Positions 11,399-23,531 of a DNA stretch of 27,983 nucleotides are shown piece after piece. The stretch is from Trichinella spiralis (Eukaryota): contig NW_003526945.1 in NCBI RefSeq assembly GCF_000181795.1, forward strand, positions 3,565,116-3,593,098. Reading direction: 5' to 3'. A program made the translations under genes and the position numbers. The notes under the pieces were generated by a model. The model was not told the origin of the DNA. It saw only the letters and a list, made by a program, of their open reading frames with translations, and made no database searches. Each line of letters starts with the position of its first letter. Within the stretch, counting starts at the first letter, position 1.

Positions 11399-12734
11399 AA
11401 TGGTAGCAATTCTCCACTGAACATCGTCGCACCCCCTGTCCTGCGATGTTGTGTTCATCTTATTTTGCATGAAAACACGAAAGCCAACAAAATGAAACAA
11501 TTTTGCTATTTTGTTTTTTTTGTTTCAATTTTTTTGAATTGGCATTTCGCGTTTTAATTGCAATTTTTGTGAAAAATTGTGCGCCATATTTGCAAATGCA
11601 GAAGCAGTACTGTTGTTCTTTGGCGTGGTTTTATAAAAATAAAAGTAAAAATCAGCCCTATTCTTCATTTTTGGGCATGTATTCAAAAATAGCCCCAAGT
11701 AGAGGAAGACGATGCAATTTGTTTTTTCCCATTTTATTGAATACTGTTTAAAATTCTTTTCTTTTTCAAATATCAGTGATGTTATGCTGATGTGCATTTG
11801 GCAATTGGATGGATGAATCGATTGAAATGCTTGGAGAATTATTTTTTAATTACTTAGATTGGCATTTGAATAATTCATTTTCGTGTGATTGAAGCAGAGA
11901 GGAGAGAAAAAAGCTGTATGCGGCCGGATGTGATGCAATTAATTTCTGATGAAATTGACCGTTGTTTGCAAAAGGCGAACAATCGGCTTCAGCCGCGGCA
12001 GGAGTGACTTTTTTGCTGATACTGTCGTAGAAGAAAAAAAATATATCACTCTTGCAGTTGCATGTTAACAACGCTTGGCCTGTTGTCATTGGAAATGACG
12101 AGCAACAGAAAGCATGCAATATAAGTTAGTGCAGTTGAGTGTTGTTGAAATGGAATATCAAGATGTCACATTTTTCTTTGTTTCATAAAACAAGCGAAAA
12201 ATGCATGCGCATAGCTGTTTCGGTGCTTAATTTGTACTGGATGTTTACAGTTGTATTGCTTACAATGCTGACAGTAAGAGATCTGAGCGAAATGCTTTTT
12301 CACTATGCAAGAATATTATTTATCGAGTAAAATTCAATCTTTATTGTGCATTATGATTTCATAAAGTACAGCAGCAGGTCAATGCATGCTTCAATGATAG
12401 ATATTTAAGCTTAATTAGAAAAGGTTACACAATGCTAATTTTAACGTAACCAGTTGAAATAATTACGTGACATATTGAAATGAATTTAAGAACTTGCATA
12501 TTGTGTAGTTCATTTAAATATTTAATTGTATCGTGACAAAGCTGTTGCAGGTTGAATGGTAATTATAGAATAGAATGAATATATTTGAAATAAGTTTGGT
12601 TGGTTTAGTTTGTTTGCAAAAGTTTTTGCAAACCGTTCAGCGCATAAAATTGAATTAAAATTGGAAAAATGACGAATGATATTTCCACATGCATAGAAAA
12701 AAAGCAAAAGCGAAGAAACTATGGTTACAGAACT

Positions 12735-12744
12735 GACCAATCAG
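12735..12744 (+). promoter_or_regulatory. CCAAT box GACCAATCAG upstream of the secreted-protein gene
   Basis: NF-Y-like consensus about 250 nt before the ATG at 12993, in a locally GC-richer stretch. Confidence 0.3.
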
Positions 12745-12931
12745 CTTGGAACAAGTCTGGGGATTTTGCTTTTGAAACTCGGTTGAAATAGACGGAAAAG
12801 CTATCGATTTCTCATCGAAGTTCACTGGCACATTGACGAAGCGGTGGTGCTTCTTGTTAGCTGCTTGTAAGGCAACAAACACTGTTGCAAACGACAAACA
12901 CTTCGTACTCTTGACAAGAAATTCCTTTTAC

Positions 12932-12953
12932 ACTAACTAACTAACTAACTAAT
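12932..12953 (+). repeat. (ACTA)5 / (CTAA)n tetranucleotide microsatellite in putative 5' leader
   Basis: actaactaactaactaactaat read directly, about 40 nt before the ATG at 12993. Confidence 0.8.
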
Positions 12954-12992
12954 CAAGCAACTTTTATTTTTACAATTGCCAAATCGTTGAAA

Positions 12993-15818
12993 ATGTTCAT
13001 CACAATACGACTTTGTTTTGTGATGTCGACATTTGTAATTTTATTCAGCTGGGCGTTGCCCATCCACGAATTACAAAGTGCTGGCAACTCATTTGTATCC
13101 GGTGAGTAGTAAATAGGGTGGGGAGTTCAAATTTTATTGCTTTTCTCTACACGTACACGTACAGATGATGATCAACGTGTTTGGATAATTGTTCTGTTCA
13201 ATCTGACTAGTGATCAGTTGAATTTTTTTCCAAATCAATCAACAACTTATTAACTTGATTGCTTTTGATAAACTGTTCACAATTTCATTTGCATATGAAT
13301 ATGGATGCAAATTATCCTCCAACATCCTCTGATTATCGAAGCAATCTCTTGTAATTCGTAATTCCAATAATAGTGATTTCTTTTTCCAAAATGCTAAATT
13401 AAATGAATGCAATTTCATTTTCATAATATTGATAAAATTGAATCAAAGCAATTTATTTATTTAAACAAATTCCCATTTTTCAAGATAATATATTTCCGTT
13501 GGATTTTTCCTATAAAACGCCTATCACTGACATTTTTTATCTTGCCAATAAATAAATAAGCTTGCAACTTGCAGCAAGTGCAAATAAATTATATGCATAT
13601 ATATTTTTTTTGAATTCCAATATACTTGAACAAATTCCATTTAATATGAATATATATTTCAATAGCATGAGATGAAGTTGCGTTTGCTTGGAAAAAAACT
13701 GGAGGCTTCGTTGGTCGTGTTTTCACCCCACAGCTAGTTGATTAAGTTTCGGTCAATTTGCTTTGACCTATCCGGAAAGCGTAAACCAATGCTGATCAAT
13801 CTGATTTTAATGCTTCTTCATTGGTTCGAAAAGAACATTTAAATAATTTCATCACTCCGCTTTTTCTTTTTTATGGCAAATTTGGAATATTACACGTTGA
13901 AATATTATTTTGAAAGCTATCAATTTGCAGAAGAAATCATGCACAAAAAAAGTCAACGATTATCAGTTACGTAACTAAGCAAATGAACAAGCGTGACATC
14001 ATTGTAATCATACATATGAACAGAGTCATTTTGCCCCGATTACGTGGCTGTTAACTGACAATTATTTTCTTTGAACGATATTTAAAAATTATTCAAGTCG
14101 AGTATTTACCATAATAAATGAAATTATCCGACCCTTTTGACGATCATCATTATCCAGACATTGATCTCCAGGAAGTAGGAGAAAAAAACACATGAGCCAA
14201 AGAAAAATGACAAAATGCTAAAAGAATGCTAAATTACGGAAAATGCTATGGAGAATTTCTTTTTTTTTCCTGTTTCAAATGTGATCGCAATAGTTGAGCT
14301 TAACGTTGACATGAAAATTGACAATTTGTTTGTCTTTGCATTAGGCAGCTAAATTAGCCTTCGCTCAATCAGAATGCGCGATTATCAGTAGCAATAGCAA
14401 AATTCGAAATTTGCATGGTCACCGTTAATTTCTGATGATTGATTGAAATTGAAAAATGAAGTATGTGGAGGAATATTTTGCAATTCCATTTGTGAGCTGG
14501 ACAACAAACTTGTGCTTTCATTCATTATTAAAATGTATTTCATTAAATTCAACCAGCATACTATCTCATCTGCAGGCAAAGTTACTAATGAACTCTGTCT
14601 GTTTTTTTTATTTAATAAACAAGTTTGGATAAGTTGGATGCGATGCTTGTTCAACGTAATTACGTTTTTAATATTCTCAATAATCCATCAATATAGAACA
14701 AACAGCTATTTCACTTTTAGTTAATTATCATTTAAGCCAATCGCATTTAAGAACACAAGTGTCGTAATTTTTATCTCTACATTTGATCAAAATTGACCTT
14801 ATGTTATAAGCCATGAGTATTATTTATCAACAATAATTCCCTCTCTGCTCGTCCGTGAAGATATGATTTTTGCATTTGTGATTCGTCGTCTACTTTATGT
14901 CCTATTATTGATTCCATTAAACTATAATTATTCCCTGGGATTTGATTCGATCTGATTTTTTCCAACTCGATTTTCTAACATGACGGATTTCTTGCAGCAA
15001 CGGATGGTCCAGCAATGGCCCATGGTGACCATTTACCATTCTCTAAATATCAAGTAGGTATTTTGTGCTTTGAACAAAAAGATTTAACGGAAAAGTGCAT
15101 ATTTAGAAAAAGCACAAGTCATCGTTGCAAAAGCATCCTGATGCCCTGAATATTGTAAAAGGTTTGTTTGTTTTCTTCTGCGGTCTGTTGTTGCTGTTGT
15201 TGTTGACCGCTTAGCTTATGTTAAGGCTCTCAAGTGAATCCAGTGAAGAAAGTTACTTTCCAACAGCGACGCAGTAAAGTCTCCACAAATGACAAAAGTT
15301 TGAAAAGACAACAGGGACATTCTACTAGGGCGAAAAGATCCGCATATGGACCGATGCTACCGGAATATACAGCTCGATGGAGTCGTCCATTGCGCAGACT
15401 GTCCGACGCAGATCTTTATTATTTATATCACGCACTTGAACAGCTTCAGCGTTTAGCACAAGAACAGATGTCGGATGCGAAATTGGACTTTAATAATAAT
15501 TACTACATGCAGTGGACTGATCCGGAGAGTAATTATTATTCATTTGCCGAAGAATTCACAAATGAAGAACCTGTTGAAGAGCTGGATGATGCGGATGCTG
15601 ATTTTGATTTAATAGATGATAAACCGATTATTTTGACGCGACGTAATAATTTACAAGCGCCATATCATCAAATAATTCCATACGAAATTCCTGTGGCTTA
15701 TTCAGACGTCATTTCTTTTGAAGATCTATTGCAACATCTAGACGAAGCTGAACTGGATCGTCAAATTTATGCATTAATTAATCAGCTTAATGAGCAAAAC
15801 GCGGAATATCACAAATGA
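12993..15818 (+). CDS. Uncharacterised 270-aa secreted protein, prohormone/granin-like architecture
   Basis: Exons 12993-13101, 14998-15053, 15107-15161, 15226-15818 join in frame (813 nt) with GT-AG introns. N-terminal signal-peptide-like MFITIRLCFVMSTFVILFSWA-LP, basic pro-region, RAKR furin-type site, several KK/KR/RR pairs, acidic C-terminus. Confidence 0.8.
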
Positions 15819-18031
15819 TCAGAATATCTACTCCGTGAACATCGATTTCTATTTCAGTCTGCTAAAGTTACCAGTAAATTTATCGACCGAACTGATTTTG
15901 TCTGGTCTTTGATTTTGTCTCTTGCCGTTAAAATATGTATGCTGAAGTATATTTAAAAAAGGAAAGAAATAATAATTATTATAATAATGAAGTGTCTGCT
16001 TGTGTTGTTGACTTCCACGCTAGACTGGCGCTCGCTTAGCCGATTTTCGAAAGGATTAGACCAATCCATTTGGGCATCTATATTTGACAATTCAAATCAA
16101 TATTACACAGCCAATTTGCATTGTTTGAGAATAAAAATGATGCAAACATCTCAAAGGAACGGCTAATAATTCTCCGTGGCGTGCAGTAAATTTGAGCATA
16201 ATTTCAAATTTTCACATTTGAAACAGTTCGTCACTTTCATGCGCATAAACAATGTGTTGAAGTTATACACCAGGGGCAAAATAATTGCATGGCATTCAAA
16301 TAAACAGGCGAAATAAATATTCATGTATTTTTTTACTTTGATATTTAAACAAAATCTGAACTAACATTAAACTGACTACATTTACATTTTTGACAATTTA
16401 AATGTAGCACTTTTTAAAATGAATGTAAATGTTGCTTATTTAACAATGTGTTCCAAGCGAAACTGCGACATTTTTATTTGCTTATCTATTTTTGATTTTT
16501 GATAAAAAAATGTTGCTCCGTTGAATGCAGAAAAATGCCATTTTCTTACTGAATGTTTTTGCTATCAACAAAATGATTTCATTTGAAATGTATTCACAAA
16601 CTTTAACAAAACGTACGACATTATATTTATTGCAAAAATTGATTCGATTATCAAAAATTAATAATAATTCTGCGAAAAGATATACATAGAATGTTTAAAT
16701 TCATAATAGATCAATTGATCATTTGATGGTATTCAAAAATATTCCAAACATACAGAATAATCATCATGACTATACTAAAACATACATAAAAATAGTTGAA
16801 AAGTTTTTGTTGGTTCAGCTGTTCACCATCTTACAGTAATATGTTTTTCATTAACAACAGCAATCATTTAAAGCAATTAACAACATATGTAGAATAAAAC
16901 TTTATAAATACTGTTGAATAAATAAAATAAATAAAAGTAAAATATAACTTATATTGCGTATACTAACAACGATAGTATATTCAACGAAACTGGCTTTATT
17001 GTCGATCTTTTACAAACTACTTTTCCCCATCAATTTTGTAGAATAAAATAATAACAACATAAAAATATCGTCTGAAATTATAAAAATAATTTTTAAAAAT
17101 TATTTACTTTTAGTAATACATCTCCTACTGTCAATGATCAGTTACAGTTATAATAGTTGCCATGCATCTCATTTTTATGAAAAAAATATGCTTGATTTCA
17201 TCTATATTTGTCCAGATTGAATGACATGCATTAATGTGAGTTTCATTATTTTAAAGATATTTTAAATTGAAAGAAAGGCTTTCTGATTAAGCATTAAGTG
17301 CAACAAGGCGTTCACCGCATATCGATATTTAACGTTATCATTGTTGTTGAATTAGGTAATACGGTTTTTCATTTGGTAGGTTATTTCAGTTTGCAGCTTT
17401 TATGTTGTCTTTTCTACTGAAATAAGCAGCGGTCATATTTTATTCTCGTAGCGTTAAATGAAATTTTTTATTCATGCAAGGCGATATTTAATTATGAGTA
17501 TATCATTCAGTTTGAAACACTTAAGGCTATATCATTTTAACGGAACTTTGATAATTAATGTTTTGTTCTGTTTACTTTATACGCTTTTTTAAAGTTGTAA
17601 TTTTTCAGATTTAAACACAAAATGTTTATTTGAAAATGTTCGTTAACTGTGACTGTTTTTTTTAAATACACGTAAGAGTTACGTTTTTTATAAACTGCTT
17701 GAAAATGTACTAGTGAAGTCGTTTAAAACAAAAGTTTTCCTCCACGATTATATTTTTGTAAGCAAGGCATTAAATTAACATAAGTTGTTCCTTGTTTTAT
17801 ATATTTTGTGGTTTTTATCGTTATTTTTTGACAAATTCGAAGCTGAGGCAATATTATACGTAGATACTTACAGTATGTATTTTGATTTTCAGGTAAATGT
17901 TTTTTGCATTTACAGTATTAGTTTAAAATATGTAATGTTTACTGGTAGAGTTTAAAGATTGCGATTTTGCATTTTTTTAATGTGAGAATATTTTAGGAAG
18001 AAAACGGCTGATTCCTTAAAGTCAGAGTGAG

Positions 18032-19054
18032 ATGGATATAACTGAAAAAGATTTTGAACGAATTAATAGCTCGAAGCTGTATGCACCGTTGAAAGAGCAA
18101 GGTTTGCACTCTTTTGTTTTCGATCCAATATATGACATCAGATTTTTTGGCATTGAAAAGTTGCATCCATTTGATGCAGGCAAGTGGGGCAGGGTTTACA
18201 ATAAGCTGGTGAAACGAGGCTACATCAACGAGCAGCATATATGCCGCCCGCGAGAGGCCCAGTATGATGATCTTCTTATTGTCCACAGCAAATCATATTT
18301 GTCCACTTTACACTGGAATGTACTCATAGCTCGGATAATGGAAGTACCATTGTTGATCTTCTTCCCGGCTTGTGTGATTGATCGAAAAGTTTTAAAAAGT
18401 TTTCGTTATCAAACCGGTGGTACTGTGTTGGCAGTTCGACTGGCAATAGAATGCGGAGCAGCGGTCAATCTTGGTGGCGGATTTCACCATTGCAGCTCAA
18501 AATCTGGTGGTGGATTTTGTCCTTATGCAGATATAACGTTGGCGATAAAATTTTTATTCGCGCAACGTCTTGTTGAAAAAGTTATGATTGTGGATTTAGA
18601 TGCGCATCAAGGTAATGGACATGAGCGAGATTTTCTCACAAGTACCGACAACGTTTATATATTAGACATGTATAATTGTGATATTTATCCGCGTGATGTG
18701 AAGGCGAAGAAAGCAATACGAAAGGCTGTGGAAATTAAAAGTCAAACATCTGATCAACGTTATTTTAGTTTGTTGAAAAAAGCACTTGATGAAGCAGTTT
18801 TGGAATTTCAACCTCAACTTGTCTTATACAATGCAGGAACTGATTCGTTAACTAATGATCCTCTTGGAAATTTAGATCTTTCGCCGACGGCAATTTTGCA
18901 ACGAGACGAATTGATTTTCAAAACATTTCGCAAAAGCAATCCTGCTGTACCGATTGCAATGGTTTTCAGTGGAGGTTATCAAAGAAATAGTGCTGAGGTA
19001 ATTGCAAACTCACTTGGGAATTTGATTGACAAAGGTTACATTAATGTTATTTAA
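18032..19054 (+). CDS. HDAC11: Histone deacetylase 11 (class IV), single coding exon
   Basis: 340-aa ORF with HDAC11-type GIEKLHPFDAGKWG, NLGGGFHHC, GGGFCPYADI, DLDAHQGNGHERDF, YNAGTD and SGGY. Splice-acceptor-like ttttag at 17996 just upstream. Confidence 0.95.
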   Translation: MDITEKDFERINSSKLYAPLKEQGLHSFVFDPIYDIRFFGIEKLHPFDAGKWGRVYNKLVKRGYINEQHICRPREAQYDDLLIVHSKSYLSTLHWNVLIARIMEVPLLIFFPACVIDRKVLKSFRYQTGGTVLAVRLAIECGAAVNLGGGFHHCSSKSGGGFCPYADITLAIKFLFAQRLVEKVMIVDLDAHQGNGHERDFLTSTDNVYILDMYNCDIYPRDVKAKKAIRKAVEIKSQTSDQRYFSLLKKALDEAVLEFQPQLVLYNAGTDSLTNDPLGNLDLSPTAILQRDELIFKTFRKSNPAVPIAMVFSGGYQRNSAEVIANSLGNLIDKGYINVI

Positions 19055-19508
19055 TGTTTCTTCTTAAAATTTTATATTGTTACTTTTTGCATGCTGTGCA
19101 AATCTGAAATGCATTTAACGATGCTCGATCATGGTGATATTGTTTTAATAAATTCATGAAATATCATTTCGATAATAGAAATATTTTTAAACATTTCATT
19201 CATATATGCATTTCAGCTTGTGTATTTTTCATTTGTTATCATTTTTTAGTAAGTAGTATTGCGAACAATTGTAGATTAAAACAGTTTTTACTTGCGATTA
19301 TAAACACATTCGGTTTTCAAGAGCTTATGCATATTTACAACAAGCCATATGTTAAACACCATCAGTTATGTACATTTAGCATTGTGAAAATTCAAATTGC
19401 TCGTATGCTTCACAAACTTGGCACCAGATGTGCATTAAAAAAAAGTTTACAGTTTTCGAATTCTCAAGACAAATTAAAAAAACAGGCCAAATTACGACGA
19501 ACAGGTAA

Positions 19509-22325
19509 TCAAGTTACTAGCATTCCACCTATGAGAAATTCACCTTCATCAGCGGTCATCATTTGACCAATACGAATTCGACGCTTTCTGTTTCTCAGTC
19601 TGCATCCAACGTAAACTAGCACAATCCCGGCCATCGCTATGCCGGTTCCAAGCAACAGAGCTGCAACTTTCATTTTATAATCCAATATTTTTGAAGCTTG
19701 AAGTGGTCGTGCAGTGATTGTCAGAATGCTATGCTTTGTCGTATTTGAAACATTCGAAATATCTTGCGACCTTTCATTCGGTTTTAAAGTTGCTGTTCTA
19801 CCTTGTGCACCACTGTGTTCTGCGTCGGTTAATTCTGCAGAAAATTGCAGCATTTTATAAATGAAATGCCGACTGAAAATGCTATGCTTAATTGAACATA
19901 TTGAAATAATAATTTTTACAATTATTCAATTGCAAATCATACGCGTATCTCTAACTGAATGTAAATTTCTTAAACAAACTGAAATGATTTCACCTTTCAA
20001 ATTGCTTGATATTGGATGAATTTTCATTTGTTGACTTTCGTTTTCTGTTATGCTACCTGCATTTCTTCCATCTGAATACATTGAAAATAAATTTACAGAT
20101 TTCGAATTTGACTGTCTTCTAAAACAGATTCTTCATCACTACTGGTTCATAAAATTTCAGAACGTTACGAGAAAAACATACAAAGGCTGTTTTGTTAATT
20201 TATCGAATGAATTTTCCATTTTTTCTGCTTTCTGCATCCACTTTGAGCCTAATAAGATGAATTTGTATAAATTAGCAAAATTTGATAATAAAAATACTGC
20301 AGTTTTTTTCGTCACTGCCATCTAGACATTGTTCTAGTCCGTCGCAAACATCATACAGGGCAATACATTCTTCACTTTGTTCACACTGCCATTGGTAACG
20401 GCCACATTCTGCAAATGCATCCTCTTTCAATATGCATTATAGAATAAAATTTATTAACTTTACTCTAAAAATATAAACTCAAATTATCAATTCTTATTGG
20501 ATTGACTTGAAAATTGAATTGTTGTAATTGAATTCGATTTTTCATAAAATAAAATAAGGCCAATAAAATTTAATCCAAACCAACTAAGTCAAAGCATATA
20601 TATTTTAAAAATCTTTTAAGATGCTAGTTTCAACAGGCTTGTTATGAAAATATGGAAACCTACTTGGAGAAGTAGTATCTTGATGCTCGATTTCTTTCTG
20701 ATTAATGTATGAATAGCTTGGCTGTTTGGGTTGACTGTAAGGATAATTGAAGTCCTTTTCGGAAGGTGGTGAGACAAAATCAGAAAATTGACCTCGTCTA
20801 CGATAATTTGGCAAATCTTGATGATTTACAGACATTTTCATTGAAATGTAATTTTTGTTCAGTACAAAAACACATTTGAAGTTGTTAATCTCACCGCAGT
20901 CGAACAAATAGCAGTTGTCCTTTTCTGAAGCTTGTGTCTAAATAAATCAATTTTAGCATCGCATGTGAAAGTTTCTAATGCAAACGAATGTTGCAATTAT
21001 ATAACAGCTGATTTTATTAACTCTAAAACAGGCAACGCTAATCTTTTCAAAAGCTTTTTATTCAATTTATATGCACGCAGTATAAGCAGTATTCTTATGC
21101 TTTTTCGTATTCTCTTCTGTTTCTTTCACAGTACAAGAACTTTACAGAAGTAAATATGAAGTAAAATGAAATTTTTCTGTTTTATATACTTTTTATTATT
21201 TTCAAGTCACAGGAAAACATTAAGTTGAGTAACTTTAAACTTTTGATCAATTTGTTCATAAAAAAACTCATTGCAGAAGATAATTTAATTGTAATTCCTG
21301 AATTAACAATCGCAGCAACGCAAAATATACCTTATAACTGACTTTTAACGGAAGAAAGGTTATCAGAGAACCAAAGCATCGAATACTTATTAATGAAATT
21401 ATTGTAAATATGTTATAATTAAAAAAATACGTTAATTTTATAAAACATTATACTGAACAAATGACCAGCTTTGTTTAAAGGCAATCTCTCATGCTTTTTA
21501 ATTGATTGAAAAATTAATCGATATTCCACACATAGAAGCCAGGAATCATTCGTGCCATTTTAGTGTCAGTCGTTTGTATCGATCAAGTATTGGTGTTGTT
21601 CCATAATTTAAATAAACTACTTAGCACTTTTTTTCACGAACAGTTTTTAGAAGCTTACATGCCTTAAATATTATTTTTAATCTTAAGAAATAAGCTTTTG
21701 CTTTTTCCTGATAACAATGAAGAACCCGAAAGCATCGAGAGGGATCTGAATCGCTTTAACGTTATCTGAATTGTATTTAAGTAAGAAAGTAGAAACTAAA
21801 TAAAATTTCATGAAAATAGAATTACAGAACAAATGAACTTTCATTAGTGTAGATATAATGAAATTATTTTATTTGATTATAAATATACAAATAGTTTTAG
21901 CAACTACAAACAAACATGTGAAAGGAGTCTAATGTTATCACATAACATTCACGTATGAAAGGTTAGAATAAATTTAAAAAAATAAAATAAATAAAAATTA
22001 TCTTTAATCATAGAAATTGAAATCTGTTAATGATACGGTTTTAACGTTTTCTTTGAATGCAAACAAATTATTAGTGAAAAAGTATTCTTCAAACCTTTGC
22101 CGGAAAGATTACTAAATTGCAGTCTTCAGTGTCACAACAGATTTGCATACATTGTTCAAGGCTAGACTGTCTCGAAGTCAACAAAAATTTGGCTCCACGT
22201 TGGATAGAATCGGTTGTTTTGATGATGGTACCGTTGCTCAGGTCATAAAAATGTTGACAAGGTGAATTGTTCCAGCTAACCACCAGATGAAGCAATAAAT
22301 AAACATAAAAAAGTTCACTTATCAT
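19509..22325 (-). CDS. LRP11: LRP11-like type I membrane protein (signal peptide, MANSC, LDLa, TM, short tail)
   Basis: Exons 22325-22095, 20937-20664, 20423-20298, 20248-20182, about 20118-19943 (boundary uncertain), 19834-19509. MANSC: IIKTTDSIQRGAKFL...CMQICCDTEDCNLV...NCYLFDC...CVF. LDLa: CGRYQWQCEQSEECIALYDVCDGLEQCLDGSDEKNC. TM and tail LLLGTGIAMAGIVLVYVGCRLR...TADEGEFLIGGM resemble LRP11 ...VACRLR...TSEESDYLINGMYL. Confidence 0.88.
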
Positions 22326-23531
22326 CTCTGTTGATAAAGTTACTCACATTTTGATTATTGTATGTGACAAACGAAGTTTAATGCGATAAATGAAGATCTA
22401 TAGGATAATCAGGTTCAATTCCTATTGCATGATGTCACTATATTACAAGTGCTTCTAATAAATTGTAGTAGATATTTACTGAACATTATTTGTATAAAAT
22501 TTTACATTTATTACAATTTAGAGTAAAATCTCATATGTTTAATGCCTAATTATAATGAATACTTTATATTTCATTTTATAGAATACTTAAAAAATACTTT
22601 AAAGAGCATTGCAAATTGCATACAAAGATATATCGAAATTATTCTGTTTAATTAAGTAGCATTATTTCCAACTGATATCTTACTGCAGCATTTCTAGCAC
22701 CATTTTGATTTGTTTTTATTATTTTTGTCATTATGATACTTGAATTTGTTTAATGTCCGCTTTCATAAGTTTATTAATGTTTTGCAACTTTAAATAACGA
22801 TTGTTTAATAGCGTACCATCTTTTTCTTCATAAACACTGCTTATTTTTAAAATTGGCCATTCTAAATCGATCATTTTATAAATTTACGATTACGTTTAAC
22901 AATCAGTATGAAGTACAATTTGTTGCATCTTTATTTGCCCGTTTTTCCTGTTCTTTTCTCTGTTTGATTTGCTATAATGGCTTTTCCAATATTTAAAAGA
23001 TGGGAAAAATGGAAAAAAAGTCTTTTGAAATAAATAATGATTACTAGTAGGCAAAACGACCATTCAAGCATATAAGATAAAGATCATTTTAAACATAATT
23101 AAATTTAATTCGAAAAACATATATCTTTTGGTAATAATTAATTTATAAACAATTCTGCTTGATATTTTTGTTTCTTAAAAATGGCGAATATTATTAATCT
23201 TGATTATTTATTTTACAGTTTATTCATACTGTATGTTTTGTTCCGCGTTTCTCATCATATGTGACGATAGTAATTTTATGATGTTTTTATTAGTGAATAA
23301 CTTATATATTTAAAGTAAATTTTTTAAATTAAATACTTACTGATCATTACATGGAATTCATGAGTCTTTATTTTTGCAGAGTAAAAGAAAAATGGTGCTA
23401 GTGTTAAATTTCAGTAATTCGTATGTTCAGGAATCTTAAAATATTTTAATTTTTTGCAGGAAACATTTAATTTATTGATGTTATATTAACATATTTTTTT
23501 AATTTTTCCAAATATTTTTCAGCGCTTACGC

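Noticed and set aside
11063..11500. 145-aa minus-strand ORF
   Set aside because: Antisense to the last VPS45 exons, which explain its composition.
11850..12897. Short ORFs between VPS45 and the secreted-protein gene
   Set aside because: No consistent exon chain or recognisable protein; more likely regulatory DNA.
13751..13768. Inverted repeat GGTCAA-N6-TTGACC in intron 1 of the secreted-protein gene
   Set aside because: A 6-bp stem is expected by chance; nuclear-receptor site or RNA hairpin not supportable.
19156..19566. 136-aa + strand ORF
   Set aside because: Lies over the convergent 3' UTRs and antisense to the LRP11-like stop; low-complexity AT-rich translation.
21367..21738. Two similar short motifs AGAACC(CG)AAAGCATCGA in LRP11-like intron 1
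   Set aside because: Only about 16 nt, two copies, no terminal-repeat or TSD structure; not enough for a mobile element.
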